24,651 nucleotides of DNA from a virus (IMGVR_UViG_3300032007_000057:64001-88651); one strand, 5' to 3'. Numbered from the stretch's first letter, positions 7,760 through 16,741 are shown. Notes: generated by a model from the letters alone, not told the origin. A program made the numbers and translations.

Positions 7760-7762
7760 ATT

Positions 7763-7963
7763 ATGAAATATTGGGTTACATATAAAGTAATTGCTAGGGG
7801 TGTAGTTGATGTAGAAGCCAATTCAGAGCAAGAAGCTCTTGATAAAGCATACGAAGATATCTCTAATAGGGATGTAAATATGGTTTCAGATATATCAGAT
7901 TATGAAGTTGTTATGGTGGAAGATGAGAATGGTAAAGTATCTGAGGGGTCTTTCATAATATAA
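7763..7963 (+). CDS. Small acidic phage protein, possibly DpnD/PcfM-like
   Basis: KYWVTYKV...VDVEANSEQEALDKA pattern; SD GGAGG. Confidence 0.6.
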   Translation: MKYWVTYKVIARGVVDVEANSEQEALDKAYEDISNRDVNMVSDISDYEVVMVEDENGKVSEGSFII

Positions 7964-7982
7964 TAATTAGGAGGTATATGGA

Positions 7983-8435
7983 ATGAATTATGATGAGATC
8001 AGCATTAGTAATTATTTCAGAGTTACAGATGAGAATAAACTTGATGAGTTGGAAAAAGATTTGTTCTGTATTGGCAATTATGAAAGAGAAATCAATGTAG
8101 CAAAGTTTAAGGATGAGAAAGGTAATACTTATAGGAAGTACTCTTGTTATGGGTCATTGGAGTACGGGTCATATGACGATTCTGATCTTGAAAGATTTTA
8201 TAAAGAACTTCAAAAGATTCTTCCTGAAAGTGAAGTTTTTGTTCTTATGTATATCGGATATGAAGGTCTTAGATATGTGGTGTCAGGATTTACAGTAGTA
8301 ACTAAGGATAAAATTGATTATAGGAATGTAGATGAATTGATTCAAGAAGTGGTAGGACTTCCTGATTTTAATTATAGGAAGTTTGAAGAGTGTTATGATG
8401 AAGGTTATATGATTGAATCTAAGGAGGATGAATAA
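7983..8435 (+). CDS. Hypothetical protein (150 aa)
   Basis: SD AGGAGG; tight gene packing. Confidence 0.8.
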   Translation: MNYDEISISNYFRVTDENKLDELEKDLFCIGNYEREINVAKFKDEKGNTYRKYSCYGSLEYGSYDDSDLERFYKELQKILPESEVFVLMYIGYEGLRYVVSGFTVVTKDKIDYRNVDELIQEVVGLPDFNYRKFEECYDEGYMIESKEDE

Positions 8436-8437
8436 TT

Positions 8438-8791
8438 ATGTATAGTAAAAAAATCGTTACGACAATGGATGTAGAAATGATTATTTCTGACCTGGAATAT
8501 GAACTTAATACCGATGGCCCTGCGTTTGAGAATTATTTTGAAGAAATTGATTTCCTTCGTAAAGAATTGGGGGACCAGATCGTGTATCCTATATTGTTTG
8601 AACTAATGGAACTCGCAAGAAATATGAAGACAGAGCATGCAACTAGAGTCTTTAGCATTAATCGTAATTGTAAAAATGAGCTATTGATCGGATGCATGTT
8701 GCGTGTAATTAATAAGGATGGTATGGGGAATCCGATTGTAAAGGCAACAATCAACTTTAGTGATGAAAATAAAATTGAAGGGAGAAACTAA
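8438..8791 (+). CDS. Hypothetical protein (117 aa)
   Basis: SD AAGGAGG inside the upstream gene's 3' end. Confidence 0.8.
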   Translation: MYSKKIVTTMDVEMIISDLEYELNTDGPAFENYFEEIDFLRKELGDQIVYPILFELMELARNMKTEHATRVFSINRNCKNELLIGCMLRVINKDGMGNPIVKATINFSDENKIEGRN

Positions 8792-8794
8792 CCG

Positions 8795-9166
8795 ATGAAT
8801 GTGAAAACTAATTTTCTGGAAGAGACCATGCAGGAGATTATTGGATCCAATCATGGGGAGAATGAAATTGCGTATGTGGTTGTGAGATCTAAGCCCCATA
8901 ATCTAGCAAATGTGACGTGGGAATCATTTAAAAAAGCGATTAAAGGATTTGAGTATGATGCTGGGTATGGGCTCAATGAGATTTCCTTGATGTGTAAGAT
9001 TGTGTTTACGGATGGGAATTATCTTGAGCGTCACGAGTATGATGGGGCTGAAAATTGGTGGTATGTTGTAGTTCCTAAATTGGATGTTGAGGTTGTGGAA
9101 TATAATCCGGAGATTCACAAGTTTAAAGAAAGCTGGTATGGCCGTGGAGATGATGATGATGAATAA
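8795..9166 (+). CDS. Hypothetical phage protein (123 aa)
   Basis: SD GGGAG. YDAGYG...IVFTDGNYLERHEYDGAENW looks like a conserved phage motif, but I cannot name a family. Confidence 0.8.
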   Translation: MNVKTNFLEETMQEIIGSNHGENEIAYVVVRSKPHNLANVTWESFKKAIKGFEYDAGYGLNEISLMCKIVFTDGNYLERHEYDGAENWWYVVVPKLDVEVVEYNPEIHKFKESWYGRGDDDDE

Positions 9167-10025
9167 ATTTAATGAAGAAAAAGAAAATGAACTTCTTGAA
9201 ATCCTTAAAAAAGGAATTGATGTGTATGCAGATTATAGAGATGAAGTAAATATTAATCTGCTAAAAAGGATTTCAGATAAAAAAGAAGAAATGCATAGTA
9301 CTTGGATGGAAGCGTTTAAAGATGAACTATTTGATTGGTTTGATCCGGATGATATCTTTGAAACAATGAAATCTCATATGAAAGATATTGCAGCTCAAAT
9401 TGGTCTTGACTATGATGATTTTGAAGAAGAGGATAAAGCAAAGTTTGATACTGTATTTTTTGAAAATGTCTGGTTTAAGCCGGATTATGACCATTATCTT
9501 AAACAAAAACTTTGTGTAGATATTTTTGTAGATACTGGTGATTATAATTTTGATTTAGGCTGTAATGAAGTTTATCCGCATTATAATGGGGATAGAATGG
9601 AGCCTATTCAGGATGAGTGTTGTTTAGTATGGCTTACTAAGACTCAAGGATATACTAAGGAAGATCTTGAAAAAAATCTTCTTTCTGATGAAGTCTTTGA
9701 TAATGAAATCTTTGATAATGATTTCTTTGAATCAATTTATGATGAGCTAAATAATTGTACTAGTCATATGAATAGTTTGGTATTTCTTAAAAGACTTACT
9801 CTAAAGGAATATCTTGATATGAAAGATGCTAATACTATTCATATCGATAAAGATGATGTGTGTGGATTGTTTGATAAGTGGAATGGAGCTGGAGGTCTTT
9901 TGGAAATTAAACTTGAAAAAGATATTGATATTCCAAAGGAGATGGTCCATGAAGCAGTTGTTGATGAGATGTTTAAGTATAATATCCATGATGTATATGG
10001 TGTAAATGATAGCTTTTGGGAGTGA
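9159..10025 (+). CDS. Acidic hypothetical protein (about 288 aa)
   Basis: SD GGAG followed by four in-frame ATGs (9150-9159); 9159 gives the typical spacing. Confidence 0.8.
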   Translation: MNKFNEEKENELLEILKKGIDVYADYRDEVNINLLKRISDKKEEMHSTWMEAFKDELFDWFDPDDIFETMKSHMKDIAAQIGLDYDDFEEEDKAKFDTVFFENVWFKPDYDHYLKQKLCVDIFVDTGDYNFDLGCNEVYPHYNGDRMEPIQDECCLVWLTKTQGYTKEDLEKNLLSDEVFDNEIFDNDFFESIYDELNNCTSHMNSLVFLKRLTLKEYLDMKDANTIHIDKDDVCGLFDKWNGAGGLLEIKLEKDIDIPKEMVHEAVVDEMFKYNIHDVYGVNDSFWE

Positions 10026-10031
10026 GGCTAA

Positions 10032-10184
10032 ATGATTCTGACAGCTAGTGTAGTATTGGTAGGATATCTTGTATCATTTATTGTACCACTAAATATGTAT
10101 CAGAGATGTATTGTTGATTACATTATGATTGGGTTTTCTGGATGGTTCCTTTGGAAGCTTATTATTACCGAGGAGGAAAAATAA
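10032..10184 (+). CDS. Small membrane protein (50 aa), not in ORF track
   Basis: SD GGGAG, 9-nt spacer, then ATG; MILTASVVLVGYLVSFIVPLNMYQRCIVDYIMIGFSGWFLWKLIITEEEK. Fills the gap exactly and ends 1 nt before the next start. Confidence 0.7.
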   Translation: MILTASVVLVGYLVSFIVPLNMYQRCIVDYIMIGFSGWFLWKLIITEEEK

Positions 10185-10185
10185 T

Positions 10186-10596
10186 ATGACTATGAGAGAG
10201 CTTAAGTATACTGTAGTTTTTGAGGATGAGGCTAAAAAACTTAGGGAGGGCTGTGTTAATTTTAAGGATCTTGATTTTACCCTTAGGAGCATTTTTGCTA
10301 AAGAGAAAATGATTCCAATTATGGTGAATGAGGAAGAGCAGAAACTTGCGTATGAGGATACTCTGGATTTTCAAAAATGGTTTTGCTCAAAGATGAATTA
10401 TGAAGACGTACTGTTTATTGGAGATTCTATCACCGGAGATATTATGATGGATAAGGATGATAATATCAATCTTAATGATCCAGAGGTTCCTTATAGATAT
10501 AAATCGGAAGAAGAGTGGAGAAAAGTTGCTACAGTAACTATTGAGATTCGTGGTCCTCTTGATATTGAGGAGGAGGATAATGAATATGTGGAATAA
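10186..10596 (+). CDS. Hypothetical protein (136 aa)
   Basis: SD GAGGAGG before ATG 10186, which is preferred over the track start at 10129. Confidence 0.8.
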   Translation: MTMRELKYTVVFEDEAKKLREGCVNFKDLDFTLRSIFAKEKMIPIMVNEEEQKLAYEDTLDFQKWFCSKMNYEDVLFIGDSITGDIMMDKDDNINLNDPEVPYRYKSEEEWRKVATVTIEIRGPLDIEEEDNEYVE

Positions 10597-11089
10597 AACA
10601 AAAGAAGTTCTTAAATGGATTGTATTTATTCTCTTCAGTAGTTTTGTCTGGTGGGTAATGTTGTATGTAGTAGGTTCTACTAAAAGCATTATTCCATATC
10701 TGATTGGGTTCATTGTAGTATTTCCATATCTTGAAGAATGGTTTAAGCATAATCATTCTGAAACAAACTTTAAAGCACACCTGTTTGGCGTTCTGGAGTT
10801 GATTAGTATTGCTATTATGATTCTGTGCATTGGTGAGGGGGTACTTACTACAGACCAGAAAGTAACTCTCATTATTGCAAAATTTATGGCTGTAATGATG
10901 CACTGGTCTACAGGAAGACTTCACTTTAAGTATCATACTAAAGAATCCTTTCTAGTGTGTTTTGCTCTTCATATGCTATTTAATGCCTATGTGCATTATG
11001 CAAAAGTTCAAGCATTTGATGTTAGTTTGTTTATGCCACACTTGATTATTTATCTGGCAACTTATGTTAATGAAAATAAAGTACAATAA
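10586..11089 (+). CDS. PrsW/CPBP-like intramembrane glutamic/metallo-protease
   Basis: About six hydrophobic segments with PYLEEWFK, MHWSTG and ALHMLFN in the order of the PrsW-family motifs (PxxEExxK; H; HxxxN). SD GAGGAGG. Confidence 0.6.
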   Translation: MWNKTKEVLKWIVFILFSSFVWWVMLYVVGSTKSIIPYLIGFIVVFPYLEEWFKHNHSETNFKAHLFGVLELISIAIMILCIGEGVLTTDQKVTLIIAKFMAVMMHWSTGRLHFKYHTKESFLVCFALHMLFNAYVHYAKVQAFDVSLFMPHLIIYLATYVNENKVQ

Positions 11090-11104
11090 GGGGAGGAATA
11101 TATT

Positions 11105-11833
11105 ATGATTACTAAAGAAAAAATTGAGAAGTATAATTATAAGTATACCGTTATTATTGGCCAAGACATTTTGGAGCCACTAGCTGATGAATTTGGTGGG
11201 TTTGATTTGGTTCATGGACCGTTTGATGTCTGCAGAGAGTTTAAGTTTTTGAGTAAGTTTTTATCCGGTGATGTATTTGAAAAATTTATAACTTATATTA
11301 TTGGGCGGTATGAGGGTGTTGAGGCTTCGTTAAAATCTAAAAAGACGACTAGCTGTGTAGATATTGATGGTTGGCGCATTTGGTATAATATTAGTCTTGA
11401 TGGCATTGAGATTATTTTGGAATCTGATGAAGATTTTGATGTGGATAACCTAGACCATGAGACGGTATCGAATGATTCAGTTAGTGAAGCTATTGAAGAC
11501 CGGTTAAAAGAATATCTTGCCAAATATATTGCATTGGAGGATAAACACGAACAAGTTACACGTAAGTTATATCCGGTATTTAAAAAGATGTTGCTAGTTC
11601 ATTTGACCTCGGAGAGTCCTGATTTTGCATATTATTCAAAAATTAAATTTAGAGATGATTTCGCTAAAGTAGTAGATGATTCTGCAAGTAGATTTGAAAA
11701 CGCTAAATATGACGGAGTTCCTATCAAGGATATTTTTGAGAAGTTGATTGAGATGTTCAATTGTGATGATACACATGATTATAGATATGATTATGATAGT
11801 AGAGGTTTCTCATTCGCAATTAGGAAGGTTTAA
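11105..11833 (+). CDS. Acidic hypothetical protein (242 aa)
   Basis: SD GGGAGG; last gene before the convergent terminator. Confidence 0.8.
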   Translation: MITKEKIEKYNYKYTVIIGQDILEPLADEFGGFDLVHGPFDVCREFKFLSKFLSGDVFEKFITYIIGRYEGVEASLKSKKTTSCVDIDGWRIWYNISLDGIEIILESDEDFDVDNLDHETVSNDSVSEAIEDRLKEYLAKYIALEDKHEQVTRKLYPVFKKMLLVHLTSESPDFAYYSKIKFRDDFAKVVDDSASRFENAKYDGVPIKDIFEKLIEMFNCDDTHDYRYDYDSRGFSFAIRKV

Positions 11834-11878
11834 AAACAAAGAAACCCTTAGGATATACCTAGGGGTTTCTTTTTGTTT
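11834..11878. terminator. Bidirectional intrinsic terminator at convergent junction
   Basis: AGAAACCCTTAGG-atata-CCTAGGGGTTTCT (13 bp, one G-U pair) with flanking A and T tracts. Confidence 0.9.
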
Positions 11879-11917
11879 ATGTTTGATTAGTTAAACATTA
11901 ACGTGGATAATGTCTTG

Positions 11918-12910
11918 TTAATTAACCATTATACAAAGTAATGCTATAAAAAGAACGGCTCTAATTTTCTCTCTATCTGGTTCTATGCCAACATCTAATA
12001 ATGTTTTAGCAGCTAATGTAGGTATTGGTTGCATAACTAGACCTCTACCTGCAGCTACAGTAATGCCAACTTTATTGATACCTTCTCTATCTCTATATTG
12101 TCTTAAAAATCTTAAGATAATATTCTGCATAGTTGAATCAACATCATTATAATCATGAATTTTCACACAAATATCTTCAACATCAATTTCTGAAGCACCT
12201 GATAATTGTGCAATATACTCTATAAATTTTGGGTTCATAGTGACTTCATTAATATTATTTAAAGCCTTATCTAAGTCTTGTCTAATATCATCAGTATCTG
12301 CTTTACCAACATTTTTATAATATCTTCTAGCTAAATGTTTAACTGACTGATTTACTTTATTATAAACATCGACTATATACCTATAATAGTCATATAGTGA
12401 AACTTTTTCTGTAAAGTTCTTAAGATATTTTTCCAATGTTTCATCGGCTACTTTAATTACAAAAACTGCCCATCCTTGTTTAGCAACAGTAGCAGCATGA
12501 GCATTCATTAAAGTATATTCCATTAATGATTTGTCCATAATAGGAAAGTATTTCTTTTTGATATATGACAGGACTATGGCAGTATAGTATCTGCTAATGT
12601 CATAAACAGTTTTATCAACATTACCATCAGCTACAAACACCAATATATAAAGTAAAAGCATATTATAATAAGTATTAGATGCAACAAAACCACCCGGCAT
12701 AAAAGAGCCAAATTGTTTAACTTGGCCTTCAGTCATGTTAGCAGTAGTTAAAAACTTGTTCCATAGATTCTTGGTTATATAATAACCGCCATCTATTTTA
12801 CCTACTTCATTTAAAGCTTTATTACTTTCCGTACCAACTAAGTGAGCCATTTCAGCTTTATTAGGGTAGGAGTTTTGAAGTATAGATATGACTAAATTTT
12901 GTAGTTCTAT
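11918..12910 (-). CDS. Helical protein of unknown function, possibly a conserved jumbo-phage core/virion protein; probable ATA start at 12910 (330 aa) rather than ATG 12850
   Basis: Perfect SD AAGGAGGTGA (12927-12918) lies 7 nt before an in-frame ATA, and the ATG at 12850 has no SD. The segment YFPIMDKSLMEYTLMNAHAATVAKQGW recalls a phiKZ-group conserved protein (from memory, unverified). Confidence 0.75.
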   Translation of the reverse strand: MELQNLVISILQNSYPNKAEMAHLVGTESNKALNEVGKIDGGYYITKNLWNKFLTTANMTEGQVKQFGSFMPGGFVASNTYYNMLLLYILVFVADGNVDKTVYDISRYYTAIVLSYIKKKYFPIMDKSLMEYTLMNAHAATVAKQGWAVFVIKVADETLEKYLKNFTEKVSLYDYYRYIVDVYNKVNQSVKHLARRYYKNVGKADTDDIRQDLDKALNNINEVTMNPKFIEYIAQLSGASEIDVEDICVKIHDYNDVDSTMQNIILRFLRQYRDREGINKVGITVAAGRGLVMQPIPTLAAKTLLDVGIEPDREKIRAVLFIALLCIMVN

Positions 12911-12936
12911 TTTAGGCTCACCTCCTTCTCTATATT

Positions 12937-12968
12937 AAAAATAAGGAGTTCTCGCAAAGGAGAACCCC
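12937..12968 (-). terminator. Intrinsic terminator (minus strand)
   Basis: GGGGTTCTC-ctttgc-GAGAACTCC followed by TTATTTTT on the minus strand, just after the stop at 12974. Confidence 0.8.
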
Positions 12969-12973
12969 ATATT

Positions 12974-13489
12974 TTAGAAAACTATTTCTATATTATCTAA
13001 GTCTTCCTTAGTTGAAGCTGAATTAATTTGAGCTCTAAAAATCTGCTTCTTAAGATGCATTGATTTATAATGCTTAAGCATCTGAAGAAGAACACTTTCC
13101 ATAGTTTCTATGGGTACATTTTCAATAACAACATTATTTGCCTGAACTAAATAGTCTGAAGTAATCCCTGTAGCTTTATTTAATGTAATAGAACCATTCA
13201 TCTTATTGCAGTCGGTTTCATCAAACTGCATTAAATAGCCTTCTTCTGTCGTAAAACTGCCCTTAACGGCAGTATTAAATTTATTTTCAAGTTCCCCTAA
13301 TCTATAGTTTTTTAACTCTTCAATAGTAGGTTCTGGAATTGCAACGCATTCATAATAAGTGCCATCGTCAGATTCTATAATGTATGCTTTCTGAGTCTCG
13401 TTACACCAGTTAGCTACAGTTGCATATAAATCCTGATCATAGTCAGGTTTTATAAATTTAGTTCCAATATAGTTTATACTATCGCTCAT
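12974..13489 (-). CDS. Tail fibre assembly protein (DUF4376-like)
   Basis: IPEPTIEELK...GYLMQFDETD...KQIFRAQINSASTKEDLDNIEIVF pattern; directly downstream of the tail-fibre gene. Confidence 0.75.
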   Translation of the reverse strand: MSDSINYIGTKFIKPDYDQDLYATVANWCNETQKAYIIESDDGTYYECVAIPEPTIEELKNYRLGELENKFNTAVKGSFTTEEGYLMQFDETDCNKMNGSITLNKATGITSDYLVQANNVVIENVPIETMESVLLQMLKHYKSMHLKKQIFRAQINSASTKEDLDNIEIVF

Positions 13490-13507
13490 AATTTAAAAAG
13501 TCCTTTC

Positions 13508-14674
13508 TTATTCAAACATAGAGTCAATTTGACTATTGGTTGCTAAGGTAAGATAGTCTGTACTGATTTTACCATTAGTATCTGATACAGGAACACTTCT
13601 TGAATCTACAGTAGGTACTTCTCTAGCAGTAACTGCAATACTCTGAAGTGAAGTATCTTTTAAAACACCCTTATTAGATATAATATTATCAATATTTGGT
13701 GAAATATCGGTAGTAACTTGTTCTGATAAATATGAAACATCAAACCAAGAACTATCTAATAACCCAGTCTCCGGATTAGAGATAGGGAAGTATTTACCTG
13801 AAATATTACCCTTTTTAAGAGGAGAATCAATAGAACCAAAATATCCATTGACAGAAGTAGCATCTGTCTCTACATTAGCTTCAAGAGTAAAGTCGGTAAA
13901 CTCAACCTTAAGCATAAATCTGTAATTAATACTTCTAGGTCTAGTTTCAGACTGTTCTAATTTACCCTTACCCTGATCAGTAGTATAAGCAGATTTATTA
14001 ATAATAAACTCTGAATGATTACCATCCGTTCCATTTAACTTATTATAAGCAGAGGTAATCTTATCAGTTAAAGCTAAGCCAATATCTTTTTCCTCACTAT
14101 TTAAATTAGCTCCATTAACTGGATACACTGGTATAATATGAGTATGCTCTTTTATAGAATCTGGAGTATACGCACCAAATAATGATGAATCATCAGAAGT
14201 AGCATTGCCAATACTCCTTAAATAAATCCCTCTTAAATTTGGGACGGTAAATCTGGCTCCATGGATATCATCTTTACTTCCTAAAGTAATAACATAAAAT
14301 CCGCAAGGGTCGATGTTATTAGGTACAGATCTTGAAAATCCCTGAGCATTTGCCCAAGCAGCATATTGGTCTAAATCAAGTGCAGTATCTTTAATTAGCT
14401 CCCATAATTTAGGATATGACTCGGCATCTAAGTATCTACCATCAGCCCAAATCCAACCATTGGGCATATTACCATTAGGACCCTCAGTATAAGGTATTGA
14501 CGTTGGTAATATACTTCCTATAGGTAAAGCATCAAACTTACTTAAGAAATCTAAAATATACTGGTCTCTGGCTTCTAAAGTATCTATCTGATTATTATGA
14601 GCACTAGAAGATACAGATGTATTAATTTTAGTTTTAGCTGTAATTAAATTAGAAGGAAATGCAATTCCAGCCAT
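13508..14674 (-). CDS. Tail fibre protein with phage tail-collar domain
   Basis: LPIGSILP...PNGWIWADG...YPKLW...FTVPNLRGIYLRS collar motifs, DSIKEHTH metal-binding motif, ETRPRSI tip motif. SD AAGGAG. Confidence 0.85.
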   Translation of the reverse strand: MAGIAFPSNLITAKTKINTSVSSSAHNNQIDTLEARDQYILDFLSKFDALPIGSILPTSIPYTEGPNGNMPNGWIWADGRYLDAESYPKLWELIKDTALDLDQYAAWANAQGFSRSVPNNIDPCGFYVITLGSKDDIHGARFTVPNLRGIYLRSIGNATSDDSSLFGAYTPDSIKEHTHIIPVYPVNGANLNSEEKDIGLALTDKITSAYNKLNGTDGNHSEFIINKSAYTTDQGKGKLEQSETRPRSINYRFMLKVEFTDFTLEANVETDATSVNGYFGSIDSPLKKGNISGKYFPISNPETGLLDSSWFDVSYLSEQVTTDISPNIDNIISNKGVLKDTSLQSIAVTAREVPTVDSRSVPVSDTNGKISTDYLTLATNSQIDSMFE

Positions 14675-14702
14675 ATAAGTTATTCAACTCCTTTATAAAT
14701 TT

Positions 14703-16658
14703 TTATCCTAAACCAGCAATAGATAACATATCTTTACTCCACTGGTTTATAAGTTCTTCATGTGATAATACATTAGGATTAGTTGGGTCAACATTAATAT
14801 AATAATAATGACAAGTACTGTCTTGTCCTTGTCTATGAATTCTGGATTCAGCTTGCATAAGGTCAGTACTTCTAAATGGTCTATTTAAAAATATAATAGT
14901 ATCGCAGCAATACTGTAATCCATCTGTTCCAGTTCCTAATGCTTGTATTGTTCCTAACATAACTCTTATATTAGGATTATCTTTAAATTTATTAAAGTTA
15001 GCATTAAAGTCAGCAGCACTTTCTACTAGCATACTTTCAATATCTAATCTTTTTAATAAATCATGTAGAGTAGCTAAAGGTTCTCTAAAAGTAGAAAATA
15101 TTAATACTTTCTTACCAGCATTATCTATAATGTTTTTAATAGTATTTAAGTTTTCACTTACTACTGCGTTAAGTAATCTAATTTTATTTCTAACAAAGAA
15201 TTCGCCAATAGCTTTACCCATTAATATAAATCTATAAGATGTGATCTCTTTTCGGGTTTGTATAATCTGTTTTCCAATCTCACTATTGGTTGTTCTTATA
15301 TCTTTTTCAATAGCTCTAATTTCTGCTATAAACTCTTTATACTTATCATTACCCATAGGATCCATTTTTTCTAATGCTTTAACTTTCTTATAATAATCTT
15401 CTAAGTAATCATTACCATAACTTATACCTTGTACTCGTATTGAATCTTGGAATAATGATAATAACCTACTTAACTGCTCATATAATCTACTAACATCAGA
15501 TTTGTTCCTAGCATCTAATCCTTCTTTAACGAAATCTTTAATATGCTGCATAGCTACTGGTAATGTAAAGGGCTTGATATTATTAATCTTTAAAGTAATG
15601 TCATATTTCTTTTTATCTGGTAAATTAAGTTCCTTTGAAGCTTCTTTTCTAATCATATATAACTTAAGTCTTTCCTGTAAAACTGCAGAAGCAATAGCAT
15701 CATATTTACCTGTATTATACAAATGTTTAAATATTCTTTGTGCCGTATCTGATGCAGCAAACATAGGATCTAACATAGTCATTACTGGTACAAACTCAGA
15801 TGCCAAAGCTTTGATAGGAGTACCAGATAAAGCTAATACATTCTTTATCTTATATCTATCCTGAATATCCTTTACATTCTGTACTCTGGCAGTATTAGCA
15901 TATCTAAAGTTCTGTATTTCATCAACTATCATACTCTTAGGATTAGATGTTATGTAATTAGTAACTTTATCTAAAGCTTCATAATTACAAATGTAAAATT
16001 TGTCTACAACATTCAGTACATCTTCTTTTAAAAACTTGTTTGGTAAAAGAGCTGTGATAGAATTCTTCCAAGATAATAAAGTACTCTTAGGTGCTGTTAT
16101 AATACATGGGAATAAGTCAAAGGCATAAACAGTTGCTATTGCAGTGAAGGTTTTGCCCAGGCCTTGTTCAAAGGCCATTAAGAATCCATTTAACCCAACT
16201 TTATGAGTTGCATTATAATAATGATACAAGAATTCTTTTTGGTAAGGTTTAAGTTCAACACCTAACTTATTTAATTTAGAAGTAATTTCTGATGGAACTT
16301 CTTCCATAGGTTTTTCTAGAGCAACAATTCTAGGATGCTGATTTAATAATTCTATAACCTGTTTATAAGACTCTCTTTTGAAGCGTTCATATAGCCACTC
16401 AAAAACTTTTTTAACTTCAACTACAAAGAACTCTTCAAAAGAAATATTAGCTCCACCAAAGAAAACACTTCTAACCACTATAGAAAAGATGTGATAAGTC
16501 ATAGAAACTCCAGAAGTACTAATATTAGGAATATTTCTACCAAAGAACATTCTTATATCTTTTTTAAGTTCATACACATTTAATCCAGATATAACTAGTC
16601 TTTTACCAACTCTTAAAGAGTTATCTGTAGTAATTTGAACATTTTTTAGTAGTGCAAT
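14703..16658 (-). CDS. SNF2-family helicase/ATPase; possible ATT start at 16658 (651 aa) rather than GTG 16577
   Basis: LKPYQ Q-motif, Walker A EQGLGKT, Walker B IVDEIQ, motif III LSGTP, motif VI QAESRIHRQGQ. The frame stays open for 27 codons upstream of the GTG, to an ATT preceded by GGTGAT. Confidence 0.9.
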   Translation of the reverse strand: MALLKNVQITTDNSLRVGKRLVISGLNVYELKKDIRMFFGRNIPNISTSGVSMTYHIFSIVVRSVFFGGANISFEEFFVVEVKKVFEWLYERFKRESYKQVIELLNQHPRIVALEKPMEEVPSEITSKLNKLGVELKPYQKEFLYHYYNATHKVGLNGFLMAFEQGLGKTFTAIATVYAFDLFPCIITAPKSTLLSWKNSITALLPNKFLKEDVLNVVDKFYICNYEALDKVTNYITSNPKSMIVDEIQNFRYANTARVQNVKDIQDRYKIKNVLALSGTPIKALASEFVPVMTMLDPMFAASDTAQRIFKHLYNTGKYDAIASAVLQERLKLYMIRKEASKELNLPDKKKYDITLKINNIKPFTLPVAMQHIKDFVKEGLDARNKSDVSRLYEQLSRLLSLFQDSIRVQGISYGNDYLEDYYKKVKALEKMDPMGNDKYKEFIAEIRAIEKDIRTTNSEIGKQIIQTRKEITSYRFILMGKAIGEFFVRNKIRLLNAVVSENLNTIKNIIDNAGKKVLIFSTFREPLATLHDLLKRLDIESMLVESAADFNANFNKFKDNPNIRVMLGTIQALGTGTDGLQYCCDTIIFLNRPFRSTDLMQAESRIHRQGQDSTCHYYYINVDPTNPNVLSHEELINQWSKDMLSIAGLG

Positions 16659-16695
16659 GGTTAATCACCAACTTTCTTTTCAAAAGGTTTTCTCC

Positions 16696-16741
16696 TTATT
16701 TGTTCAAAGTCTAAGTCAACTTTTGTATATATATTATGTTA
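16696..16741. promoter_or_regulatory. Divergent-junction motif copy 2 (putative phage promoter region)
   Basis: TTATTTGTTCAAAGTCTAAGTCAACTTTTGTATATATATTATGTTA; near-identical to 4223-4269 and in the same genomic context. Confidence 0.8.

Noticed and set aside
16617-16696. 20-codon upstream ORF (TTG after AAGGAG; MKRKLVINHCTTKKCSNYYR) that might frameshift into SNF2
   Set aside because: It would need a +1 shift with no convincing stimulatory signal; an ATT start explains the extension more simply. It remains a possible alternative or regulatory uORF.
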